Shown one piece after another: positions 24,672-36,800 of a stretch of DNA of 64,000 nucleotides (the stretch's first letter is position 1; every line of letters starts with the position of its first letter). This DNA is from Dipteris shenzhenensis (taxonomy: Eukaryota). The notes under the pieces are model-generated. The model was given only the letters and a program-made list of their open reading frames with translations, did not search any database and was not told the DNA's origin. A program made the position numbers and the translations under genes. Location of the stretch: the NCBI GenBank assembly GCA_047967505.1, contig CM106538.1; one strand, 5' to 3'.

Positions 24672-27442
24672 TTAGGACCCAACGCCTCCCCTATCTGACT
24701 CTATGTTGCAACCAAAGTGCAACCCCTTGGCTCTTGTTGAGGACTTCCAAGTAGCACATCTCCTTGTCTTCTTGACATGTTGAACTGCTTTTGCAAGACT
24801 TGAGACCCCAACCTTATTGTTCTTGAGAGTCTTGGCCTCTAGACATGTATAAAACTAGTTAAAAATTTCATGTAGTGCATTGCTTCATGCGATACCACCC
24901 CCATGCCTTATATTCTTAAAGTATGCTGGCTTTGCTTTGTAGTGCAATTTCTCCATTCCTTGAGTATTCCAAATGGATAGAGGGCCCCATTGCTCCACAA
25001 ACCATGGTGCATGTGTGTAAAGAATATGCTTTAAAGAAAAACATCGTATTAGAAACAAAAACTGACTCAAGTTTAAAGCATAAAATTTCAACCTAAGGAG
25101 GATTACCACATAATGTGTAATATGTGACTCCCCCCATGCTTCTACCATCAATGATATGAATTCTCCCAATGCTGTCCTGAATCTCTCATAATAAAACTCA
25201 TCTATTTAACCTTGTCTAAGCAACTTAATAAATGCATCAAGCTTTGTCCACAGTTTAACTCTCAAAGTAGCAATTTGTGGATATGAAGCTTGATTTGTAG
25301 TGCACTCACACAAATCTTTCTAGTACTCCCAATCTAGGGTGCTTTGAGCCAATGTATGTTTTTCTTTATTAGCATTGTGGTTGGACATGTACCTCCTTGC
25401 CTTTCCTCCACCCATGGACACTTTAGCAGGAAGATTTTGTGTCTTTCCTGATTGTTTCTTATCCTGCTTGAGCTTCACATTGCGTTTGTGAAGTCCCATC
25501 AATGAGAGTAGTTATTTAGCCTTTGCAATGCATTGTGCAGATACTTCTTATGGCCTCAAATTCCAAGCATAAACTAGATGGAGATAGAGTAACTTATCAA
25601 GTATACACAGTTCAACATGCAAAATACACATGTGTACCCACTCCAATGGAATTGGTAGAAGGGGGTCCCACTTAGGATCCTTTTTTTGACGATTAGGGGC
25701 TACACTTTGGTTGCAAGAAAGGATGCTAGTATCACAACCATACAAGCACTTGAGGGTCTTTAAATCACTAGCCAGATGCCATTCAACTTGATACGTTCCA
25801 TGCCCATCCACTATTAATGTGTGCCCTACCTCTTGTCTTTGAATAATCGACGGGATGCCGGTTCTCTTCAAAACCCACTTCAATGTCTCATGGCACTCCT
25901 TTGTGGTCTCAAAGGCTGCAAGCCACCATATGTCCTTACCCTGCTCAACTTCCTCATCCCCTTGAGCAAAACGCAAGGCATCGTTCATAATCCAAATGCT
26001 CACCCTCTCTATCTTGTGCTCTTTTACCAACTGAGCTTCATCCATTTTTATAACAAATACTAGCTTGCCATCTATACAATGGAAGAGAAATATAGTAAGG
26101 ATATAGAAATGAGAAGAAATAAAGTTGAATGTGAAGAGGGAATTTCTCTTACCTTCTTCTCTCATCCCATAGAATTTGACCATGGCTCTCTACAAATTCT
26201 CTGCATCTGCATAAACATTATTCAAAGCATTCATCTCAAACATTTGGATGCCAGATTTTCTTTTACTCTTCCAAGTCATTGTGCCACTTACACAATGGTA
26301 TCCTCCAAGACTTTCTCTAGCACATTGGTTTGTTTCTTGATGTGCAAGCCTTACAGACCATGGTGTTGGCAATGGCATTGTAGATATCTTATACTTTTCC
26401 TCCATAGCAGACTTGAAAATTTTAAAAGTAGAGTTGTAAGCTTCACGACTTACACCAGCAACATCACAAGCTCCAAGCACCTCCTTTGCTTGCACGAGGC
26501 CCTTGAAGTCCTTCATTACCTCTCTAGCAACTTGTTCACATAGCCCTTTTTGTCTAGGGTCCTTTAAAACTTCAATGACATCACTTGGCTTTATTAAACT
26601 TCTTAGATCATATGAAGGATCACTATCATCCATTTCCATTATTCCCATCACATCCTCCATGAAATTCCTAAAGTAGAGTATAAATGAGTCTTAGTGGAAA
26701 CAATGCAACACCACAAATATTTTGAAGTAAAAAATTTCATTGAAAATTTGGGGAACTAACCTTGCAGCCCATATTCTCCTCTTTTGGGCACCACTATTGG
26801 TTGACAATGCATCCATAGATTGCAATTGTCTTTTCCTCTCCTTCAATTTCAAAGGTGTTCCCTTCAACTTTGTACTCGTTCTATCGACTTCTCTTGTTCC
26901 TTCTCCATAGCACGTTGAACTTGGCCATAGATAGACCTTTCCAAATCTTGTTTGCTTTCAGCGAGCTTCTGGATTGATTCTTCCAATTCCTGTCGCTCTA
27001 AGTCTAGTGCACGTGTTTTGTCACTGAGTTCTTTGTTTTGCAATTGGAGATCCTGCATACTATTATGCATTGCCACAATAGTAATATTTCCCAAATGTGC
27101 AAGTTCTTCTACTTGGGCTCTCTACACCTCGCTTGCTTGCATAGCCAATGTCTGAGAATGGTTCAATCAATTTCAATAACTAAGCAATCCAGCATGTCCA
27201 TTGCCAACAAACTAAACAACATCATGCACTGTATGAAAAGGAGGATTCTTTAGGGTGGCAGGGTCTAAAGGATACAAGTTTCCATCCACCCAAAGGTCAA
27301 GATGCTTCTTCCCTTGCAATCAAAGGCTATGGAGCACACTTTGAGGCATTCCACTATATCCCAAATGGTGTGTGCTTGCATATTCTACCTCTAGTTGTAG
27401 GTTCACATGGTACTTGTTGGATATGTCCTCCAATGGTGCCAT
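24672..27442 (-). pseudogene. RAG1/Transib-like DDE transposase, spliced (about 3 introns), with stops and frameshifts
   Basis: In order: SREAYNS...LPTPWSVRLA; FVIKMD (D at 26040-26042); KECHETLKWVL; HLASDLK (D at 25764-25766); CILHVEL; SMGGGKARRYM; ITHYV|HILYTHAPWFVEQWGPLSIWNTQGMEKLH (E at 24951-24953). Introns at about 26670-26760, 26072-26151 and 25029-25106. Confidence 0.75.
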
Positions 27443-27499
27443 GAGTACTCAAAGAGAGGTATCAGTGATGCAAGCTAAAATGTAGGGGAGAGCTAGCAA

Positions 27500-27955
27500 A
27501 GATGGAGCAGTGAGAGGGAGAGAGTAGCAAGGAAGAGGGAGGAGGAGAAGCAGATCAAGGCAAGAGGAAGAGGAGAAGGAGAGTAGGGTGATGGTGTAGA
27601 AGGGAGGGAAGGAGCTACTGCAAAAGGGAGGAGGAGGGGAGAGATGCTGCAGGAGGGAGGAGGAGGGGAGAGATTTCGCAAGAGGGAGGAGCAGAGGAGA
27701 GGGAGCTTGGGCAGCTAGAGAAGGAGGGGAGAGGAAGGAGGGAGGAGGAGCCAGAAGGAGGAGGAGGAGGGGAGGGGGAGGAGGGAGGAAGAGGAGCAAG
27801 ATGGAGGAGGGGAGAGGAGGAGGGAGGGGGAGGGAGAGGGAGAGGGAGAGGGAGGAGGAGGGAGGGGGGTGGAGGGAGGGAGGGAGGGAGGGAGGGAGGA
27901 GGGGGAGGGAGAGAGAGAGAGGGAGGGAGAGAGAGAGAGAGGGAGGGAGGGAGAT
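27500..27955. repeat. GA-rich low-complexity tract
   Basis: Runs of GGA/GAG/GGGA. Confidence 0.9.
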
Positions 27956-28127
27956 TCAAAATTTGAAATTCAAATTTCAAAAAGTGTCCCCCTCCCCTCA
28001 TTGATGGGGGGAGAGGTGGGCTCAAATGTGGGCTTAACCCATGTAGGTTGGGCTAGTTAGGCCTCTTTGGGACCCTCCAAGCCCCTTGCATAAGCCCACT
28101 AAGCACTCCCTAATCCATTCCTTATGA

Positions 28128-28154
28128 GGCCCTTTTGAGACCCCAATTCTCCCC
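28128..28154 (-). repeat. Right terminal inverted repeat
   Basis: ggcccttttgagaccccaattctcccc followed by TA. Confidence 0.88.
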
Positions 28155-28389
28155 TAATGGATCTAACTTCGGACCATTTGGTCGGACATCGGACTTTTGG
28201 AGATCCAATGTTTGGGTACATTGGGCTTTAAAAGAAGAAATCATGCAAGAAAGTTATGACAGTGACACTTCCCACATGCAAGCATTCTATCACATGTAGA
28301 AATCAGCATTTCACTTTGCTCACAATAGTCATTCTAAATTCCTCATCGTCCTTCATGTGTTTCATCTCTACTATCCCCATTGGTTTCTC

Positions 28390-30600
28390 AACATGCAGAC
28401 CACTCTCAAACCTGTAGCTAAAGAGCACACATTATGGGAAGGCACTGCCAGTAGTTCATCTAGCCTACAAGTAATGGTAACTTTCTGCAACTCATTAGCA
28501 TGCAAAAGGAAACGACCCCAAGCATCATGGTGGTCATTGCGCAATCAGGTGAGTGCAAACATAGATGATAAAGCAGTGGAGTCACCTTGACCTGCAAAGA
28601 AAAGGTCTAAAGATAGCAGCTAGCTATGATTTTTAGGATTTTAAACATGATTTGAATACAACCAATCCCTAAAATGTTGCTAGATGTGATTTTTAGGATT
28701 TTAAACATGATTTGAATACAACCCATCCCCAAAATGTCACATGGCTACATAAAATGGGATTGCATGAATACTATCATTTGCCATGGTGGGAGTGGTGGGA
28801 GTGGGCTATGAATATGGAGGCCCACAATAAGTTTGATCATTTGAGGAATATGAAAGGCTTGCTTACACCAAAATTACCACCGATGATAGTGGAATTAGTA
28901 TCCCATGTTTTCAATTTGCCATTGATTCCTGAGGCCCCAACTAAATCTTCGAGCAGATATCTAGACGAAGTCATGGTCAAAGAGTTCGGGCAGTAGGTTT
29001 ATTCCAAGGCATATTTTATGTAAAAAATTCTTTGAAGGGTCAGCAGTGCAGAGACTAGTGCAAGTGGTTTCTAAAGTGAGTGTTGTAATATGATTATATT
29101 TCTAAGGAAAATTATTCATGAATGCATTTTGCTAAATTGGGAAATCCTATAAATTGGGTTGCTTTTATGCATTAGAGAATAATGGGAGAGATTAGTGGTA
29201 AGGAGAAGCGTATAAGTACTACACATAGCAAGCTATGACGATCGATTCTGTATGCCCTATTTATCCAAATTTAGGAGGGTTCAAAACCACATCAATGTTG
29301 ACCATTTTCAGATGGTGAAAGAGAACCAGTTAATGAGCATATTAGGGAGGAAATTCCAAAAGAGGAAACAATTAAGTTGTTGAAGGAGGCTGGATATGAC
29401 CAAGTACAAATTGATGTAGTAGTGGGAGGGCAAAATCACCACTAAAAATTACTCAATAACAAAGTAAGCTAGAATCAATAAAAAATACCAAGTTGAAAAT
29501 CAGATGCATGATCACACTGAGGAGACCAAGTAATATAGCTAAATAGGAGCATAACAAACTTTATCAATGCAGATGAAGCTATTGCACTCCTACAAAGATT
29601 TCAAGCACAACAGAGGGAATAGTACAGGGGAATGCAAAATGTCTATTTGGAATGGCAAAAACTAAAAGAATACAATGACATTTTAATGGAATAGAACCAC
29701 TATTTAAAACAAGATCTATAGTATAAAGTGGAGGAGCAAAAACTGTTAGTAGAACTGTTTGAAAAAGAAAAAATGAAATTATAGCAAGATGATAGGATGA
29801 AGATCAACTGAAATCCAAATTAATGACAGTCAACAAACTACAGAAGCATTAAGAAAATGGTCAGTCCAGATTCAATAGGGACTATTTAGAGAATTGGGGA
29901 AGTTGACAGAGAAGAATAGCAAGTTATTTTTTGAGAAATTATTGTTGAAATAAAAGATCATAGCACTTGCTTAGGTGGAAGATCAACTTAAACATATGTA
30001 GGATGAAGAAGAAATAGAAATTGCAAGAACATTCATGCCTCCCACTACATAATTTGAAATACAAGACAAATTAACATAATATATGGTTTAGTTGTGGGCA
30101 CAAGTGGGAAACAGATGTATGGTTGAGTTGTGGGCATAGGTGGGAAACACATTACTTCATTTACAGACCCAACCAGTTTAGCAGTGGGATGATCACATCT
30201 AAAATTTGCCTATATTTCTATTGAATAAGGAAGTGCAAGAATTGAAAAAGGAAGTTTATGCATTAAGGATTAAGTTGGCAAAGACAAAGGAATCTAAGAC
30301 AATAGGCTCTTTATCTCAAGAGGAGTCAAAACATATGATTAGAAAGGAACCTGAAACTTCCTCTACACAATCTTTCTCCTTTTAAGTCTTTTCTTGCTTT
30401 TACAACCCTTGATTTGGAAGAAAGAATGATTGTAGAAAAAAAATATACAATATTAGATTCTTTGACAAAAAAGGAGGCAGCAAATACCCTTTTGATGACA
30501 TAAACATAGAAAACTAGATATATGAATGTGGAAATCCATGAGATTGATGATGATGATTGTTGGCTCTTTCCCATGGCTTCCACATTAGAAGAGTAGGGTT
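28390..30600 (+). pseudogene. Decayed additional ORF 3' of the integrase of host Gypsy B (conserved domain followed by a long coiled-coil-like region)
   Basis: WLHKMGLHEY..LPW, GLLTPKL..IVELVSHVFNLP, MVKEFG and NPINWVAFMH*RIMGEI resemble 3400-3950. E/K/Q-rich fragments follow downstream. Confidence 0.5.
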
Positions 30601-30868
30601 TTCTCAATATGCAGGGTTTCAAGGCTTTTTGTCACCTACATATATATAGGGGTTGTTGTTTGTAGAATACATGTAGCTTAGGACCTCAAGTCGTATTCCG
30701 GTGAGAGACGTAGGCTTAAGTGTGGTAAGCAAACATAGTGCATGCATGTGTAAAAGGAACATGTATCATCATGGTTGAGGTAATGAAGGCTTTCGCCTTC
30801 ATTAGAGGTTGAGGGGTTTAGGAGGAGTTTAAGGGTTAGAGGGAAGTTCAAGGTTTAGAAGGAGGTCC

Positions 30869-33194
30869 TATTGGAACATGGGGAGAGAGGAGAGCTTCAT
30901 CATGGAGGTGAGTGAGAACACATGAGATATAGCAATGGGTGTTCTATTCATTGTGAGAAGGAAGTCCCTCTTTTATAGAAATGGAGAGAGGGTGGCCTAA
31001 ATCAATGGCATCTCTCCTACATCAAAGGAGGTAGCTTCTAAATCATAGGAACTCCACAATCATAGGCACCACCCCATTTGGGGGCCTTTGTATTACATCA
31101 TCACATGTGTCATGGTCTATGGCACTAAGTGTGCCTCTTCTACACACACCCAACCATATGACTGCTAGTGGATGCACACATGCACTTAGCAAGCCCTTGA
31201 TCACACATATCCCAACATCCCCCCCTCAAGGGTTTGCCTCTTACAATGTCAAGGATATATCTAGTCTCATCGTTTCTCATGCCATCTCATGGTGGTCAAG
31301 GATAAATCTATGTCTAGGATCTCATGCTAGCAAAGGTGCCCAAGGGTCAAGGTTTACAAAATTGGGATAGACCCCCCCAAATGGTTATATCTCTTGCATG
31401 TACAAGGATTAATCATAGGCCTTTGTGTGGACCTAGTTTCTCATTTCTGTAAGAGGTACCATGGGAGCAAACACACATCACATGGCCTACATCATATGGT
31501 GATTAGAGGTGATTTACAAAGACTATATGGACTAAAGCAAAACCATAACATTCTTTTTGGAGTACTAATCCAGGTAGAGAACCTCAAAATTGACTACATG
31601 ACAAAAAGATGATAACTAAATTCAAAAGACAAAGTGCTCGAAAGGCATAGTCCTTGTCTTCTACCACAAAATTTGATTCTTCATTTATTGATGGAGTCTT
31701 TCCTTTAGCAAGATTTTCTTTGTTGTTGATGCAACTCTTCTTCACATGAAATGCTTCATTCTCTTGGGAGTCATTCCTCTCCTCTTCTTGGGCTTGTCTC
31801 TTGGAGAGCAGCTGTAGAGAAAACCTTTTTAGATGGCAATACTCCATAGTATGATTGGGTACTCCACAGAAGGCACATATCTTTTTCTTGGTGTTCACCT
31901 TGATGAAATATTCACCATTACAGAGCTTTACTCTCATTCTAGGCTTCTTTTGGAATGCTTTCCTCTTAGATACATAATCAATGTTAGAGGAACAATATGA
32001 TGAAGGCATATTGGGAAGGTCTTACCACTAATGTGGTAGTGTCTAGTCCCTTACAAATAAGTCTCCTTCTCCACAAAGTATAATTGGTTGGAGAGATAGT
32101 TAGATACCCCAAACTCTTAACATAAAGGAAATACAATGTTTATTGCTTCAAAAAATAGCATTCAAGCATATTCAAAACATAAATGCATTATGAGCATTTA
32201 CCAAAACTGTTAAATTGAGGATAGTGCTCCAAAGAGAAGACTGAAAAATGCCTTAGATCACTTCCAATGGTCAAACATCCAAAAGACCAAAGATAACTGA
32301 CATAATAATGAAACTTTCTAGCACTTAACGATATTCAATGGTTCATCTTAGAAGCATGTTACTGTCACCCCCAAATCGAGAAGTCTAAAATTGGAGGGTG
32401 CAATTGAAGCTAAAGAGAAAAGCTTTGAGAGGGCATTTAAAGGCAAATGGAAGCTCTTATTACTGACTACTTCCAGGAGAGAGGAATGGCAAAATTGCGT
32501 GTTTTATCATCGTGGAAACATGCGCTTATTTTGACTGGCTTTTTGCTTTTTTTTTGCAAGCATTTGAGCTTAAATTTCATGAGCAGCAAGTTCATAGTGT
32601 CACCCACCTCCTATGGCTAAGAGGAATTGGCAAAATATTGCATTAGTAGGCAAAATTGCTTGAAAGTTTGTCGAGTAGAGATCGTGTCAGCACGGGTTGT
32701 AGAGGGCATCTCTCCCTAATTACTTGGTGTCAAAGGTGCACCCTAAGTAGAGCAAACTTCAGCTCAGAGGGCTCTAGGAATGGTCGCTTATTGGAGGAGA
32801 ATGGGGAGCTAAGCAAAATCTGGAGAGAAAGAGGGTAGAAATGAAGAAGAAGATGGAGGGTGGAGAAGAAGATGATGAGGTGGCATATTGAAGCTACAAT
32901 GGGCTAGGGACTCAAGGAGGCTTTGATACCAAATGTTGGAACTTGGGGAGAGAGGACAGCTTCATCATGGAGGTGAGTGAGAACACATGAGATATAGCAA
33001 TGGGTGTTCTATTCATTGTGAGAGGGAAGTTCCTCTTTTATAGAAATGGAGAGAGGGTGGCCTAAATCAATGGCACCTCTCCTACATCAAAGGAGGTAGC
33101 TCCTAAATCATAGTAACTCCACAATCATAGGTACCACCCCGTTTGGGGGCCTTTGTATTACATCATCACCTGTGTCATCGTCTATGGCACTAAG
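30869..33194 (-). mobile_element. Decayed, internally deleted LTR element (probably Copia-derived)
   Basis: LTR at 30869-31217 and a truncated LTR at 32934-33194. PBS TGGTATCAAAGC on minus at ~32920-32931, PPT at 31218-31228, and a knuckle CAFCGVPNHTMEYC in ORF 31584-32009. Confidence 0.8.
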
Positions 33195-33499
33195 AGCATG
33201 GGGGAAAGAAGAGAGAGGAGGGAGGAAGAGGGAGGAGGAGGAGGAGGAGGGAGAAGGAGAAGGGAAGAGAAGGGAGGAGGAGGAGGGAGGAGGAGAGGGA
33301 GAGGATGGGTTGCAAGGTTGGAGGAGAGGAGAGGAGGAGTTGCAAGGTTAGGACATGCTTTTGGACGTGGAGTGCAAGGAAGCATGGACACTTGAGAAAA
33401 TTGCTTGGAATACCAAAGCAGAACTCAACACAATGTCCCAAAGAGTCTCGGCTTCATTCCATTATGGGGTATTTATACAAGTTGGAGAGCTTCTCTCTC

Positions 33500-33725
33500 T
33501 GCATGTAGGAATTGTAAGACATTCTCTCTCTACATGTAGAACTTGCATATAGAAGTTGCATGTAGGAGTTGCATGTAGAACTCGCATGTTGCATGTTGCA
33601 TGTAGGAGTTGCATGTAGAACTCGCATGTAGGACATGCATGTAGGAATTGCATGTAGGACTTGCATGCAAGAGTTGCATGTAGAAGTTGCATGCATGTAG
33701 GAATCACAAGTAGAATTTGCATGTT
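33500..33725. repeat. ~13-bp minisatellite (TTGCATGTAGGAG-like)
   Basis: Directly visible repeated gcatgtag core. Confidence 0.85.
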
Positions 33726-33899
33726 GAGGATTCCTAAGAGAGATTATTCCTAGCTTTATGCAAGTACAAGCAAAGCTTTGCCACACTGCTCTACACACAC
33801 ATTCTCTACTACCTAAGTCCATGTTAACACAGAGACAACATACTCCTAGATCCATTTTATTACCCGTCCTCGGGTTATGGCTTATTGCAAGCATGTAGC

Positions 33900-36800
33900 T
33901 GAATTGCCATGCCTTTAGTCCAATGGTTGTGGAACTTGTGTCATGCTAGTCGCGACGATCCTACTGTAAAGCCTTGGCACCATACAATGTTTGCTCACTT
34001 TCCAAGTAGCCTGTATCCACCATTTGTTCGAACAGAGATATGTGGCAGGCAAATGGGTATCGAGGTAACATGGGACCTCCAGAATGAATTCCAATGTTTT
34101 GCAGAAGATAGCACTTAGGCAAAGGAAGCGATCAATGTTGCCGCGCATTATTTGCTGATGCTGCTGAAGTGCTTGGATCATTGTGCCTTGGATATTCCAT
34201 TCTACACTAGAGTATGGCTCGATCATTGGCCAATTGATGGTGCAATCTTCATCCAAGGTGTGTATGTTGGCTTCCCATTTTTTATATCGTGGAACTGCAT
34301 AGAAGTTGGGATGGGTTCTGAGACATGGAGGTGCACGTAGGTACCCTTTCAAGAAGATTACATCAAAGAGCTTGGGATGGCACCAATCAGGTTGTGGATT
34401 CAACTTGCTCATCCAACCTTCACTAATTTGACACTGACGAAGGTTGGTAGGAAAGTTGTCCAGGGTCCATCCACCTCAAGTTTTCATATCAGGATATTTG
34501 CTCCAAATTTCCTCGATGGGGTTACTGGGAAGTGGTATCTCATCAAAATCATACCCATCATTGGAACTTGGCATGGGAGTATGAATTGGATTATTCGGAT
34601 CCTGATATTCAAAATCAAATACTGTGTCATTTTCTACTGATGGAAGGACAAGTAGTGTTGGAGGTGATGACAGGGTAGGGAGAGAATCTGGGGACATGGG
34701 GGAGAAATATGGAAGAGTGTTAGTTGTGGAAGGGGGAGTAGAGGGGAGGGGGGAAGAATTGGGCAAATGGTTTGATCAGCTTGGTAATCCTCAAGGGTAG
34801 GATTAGCAAGGGAAGGGAAGAGGCTAGGTGTGAGGAGCTCATAAGTTTGTGACTATTGGGTTAGTTGAAAATGGTGATAGGCATGAGCAAAGAGACGATG
34901 GAGGAAATAGATGTTAGGATGGAGGGAATAGATGTTAGGATGGAGCTCGGGGAGGGTTAAGAGGGTGGTAGCAACAAGGGTAAGTGAGGTTATGAGGTTG
35001 TCAAAGAGAGTGGTTAGATATGGAAAGAGAGTGTTAGTTGTGGAAGGGGGAGTAGAGGGGAGGGGGGAAGAATTGGGCAAATGGTTTGATCAGCTTGGTA
35101 ATCCTCAAGGGTAGGATTAGCAAGGGAAGGGAAGAGGCTAGGTGTGAGGAGCTCATAAGTTTGTGACTATTGGGTTAGTTGAAAATGGTGATAGGCATGA
35201 GCAAAGAGACGATGGAGGAAATAGATGTTAGGATGGAGGGAATAGATGTTAGGATGGAGCTCGGGGAGGGTTAAGAGGGTGGTAGCAACAAGGGTAAGTG
35301 AGGTTATGAGGTTGTCAAAGAGAGTGGTTAGATATGGAAAGTTGGATGTGAGATAGGCCCTGTCATCTTCCGACACTTCTTTTGCTGGTAAAATGGGATC
35401 ATCAGCAGCTGCATGGGTGGGATGTCGGTTATGTCATGCCTTGCAAATAATAGTGATGGCCTTTGTGGCAATGGCAACAAACTAGCAATAACCCTGAGGG
35501 GAGGACTACCCATGAGGCATACATATGCAATGAAAGCATCCGTCCTGAGTGCTATAAACCTGGCATGTGTAGATAGGCAGAAGATATTTTTCTCATCTTT
35601 GGACAAGTGTTGGCAAATTATGCGCAGAGTTTTGGTCCTTATGGAACATTTCCATTTGATTGTTGGATGAGCAGATATGATCTTGATTTGGAGTTGCTTC
35701 CATTGGATAAGCACACGTGTGTTGAGGTGATCTTCCACTTGTAGAGCAGCCACAAGCTCTTGGTACACCACCGTTGTGCATTATAGTGGGGCTTCATTGG
35801 TGTTGTCTTCCATTGCCTCATTGTTGTGCACTAGCAATTGGAGTTCAAGCTTAGAGATGATTATCTTTTGGGAGTGGATCTCATTCCATTTTTCTTTGTA
35901 TTTCTGGTAGATGGTTGTACATGCCTCCTTAAGCTTTCTCATTTGCAAGGTGACCTTTGCCTATTGAGGAATGTCTTCAGTGGTATTGGACCATTGGTCC
36001 AAGACTTGTGCTTGTGAAGTGCTGGCCTCTTTAGCGGTAGCAAGTTGGTCCTTTACGATTCTGCATTCCCTTGTAAGCTCATCAATGCTAAAGGCACGTA
36101 CTGCGCCAAAGATTGTTTCATGTCTTCAAGCTTTGTCTTTGTAATCCTGGAGCTCTTCTTCTTTGTGAATTAGAGTGAGTCGAGCTTGTGCCACTACCTC
36201 CATCTACTGAGCATGTGTGGAGGTCAAGGAGTTATAGTAGGTCTGTAGGAGTAGGTCTGTAGGTTTGCCATTGCTTGTACTGCTGTTGTTAGCTTTGTTT
36301 GACTTTGGTGGAGGTTGGAGGTCATGTCCCTCACTGCCTTCTCTTGAGATTGGAGAGCTTGGTTCATGCGCACTTCTTCTACCTCCTTCTCATCTATCTG
36401 TGCCCGAAGTGCCTTGACCTCTATAGCAATTGCCTGGAATTGGTCTTTGATTTCTATTGCAGTCTGTCTATCCAATTCTCTTGCATATTCTTCCTTGGCC
36501 AAGCTAGTGAATAGTTTTGACATTTGGATCATTTGGCTAGCTTGATGTTGGAGAATGACAGACGGTGATGAGGACTGGCGATATTGCTGATACAAGTGGT
36601 GCCCATGTAGCCACCCTGATGATTTTGTAGTACTTATAGGAGGTTGTTCCAATGGTATTTCAGTCACTTATGTACAATAGTCATACTGTTGATCTGGCAC
36701 TAGCTCCCCTTGTGGCTCATCGACTAGCATGGCGTCAATGGGCGGTTCTAGTGTTGATGTAGCCTCAGGCTCTGGTGCCAATTTTTCCTCGGGCTCTAGT

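Larger units (their letters stand above)
19257..28154. mobile_element. ~8.9 kb TIR DNA transposon carrying a RAG1/Transib-like transposase, a histone H3-like gene, a BAH-domain gene and an unknown gene
   Basis: Left end CGGGAGAATTGGGGTCTCCAAAGGGCC; right end reverse-complemented GGGGAGAATTGGGGTCTCAAAAGGGCC. TA flanks both ends (19255-19256 and 28155-28156). Host Gypsy-like sequence lies on both sides. Confidence 0.85.

Noticed and set aside
27449-28060. Pro/Leu/Ser-rich and Gly/Arg/Glu-rich ORFs
   Set aside because: Artefacts of the GA-rich tract. The same applies to 33153-33508 and probably 19544-20014.
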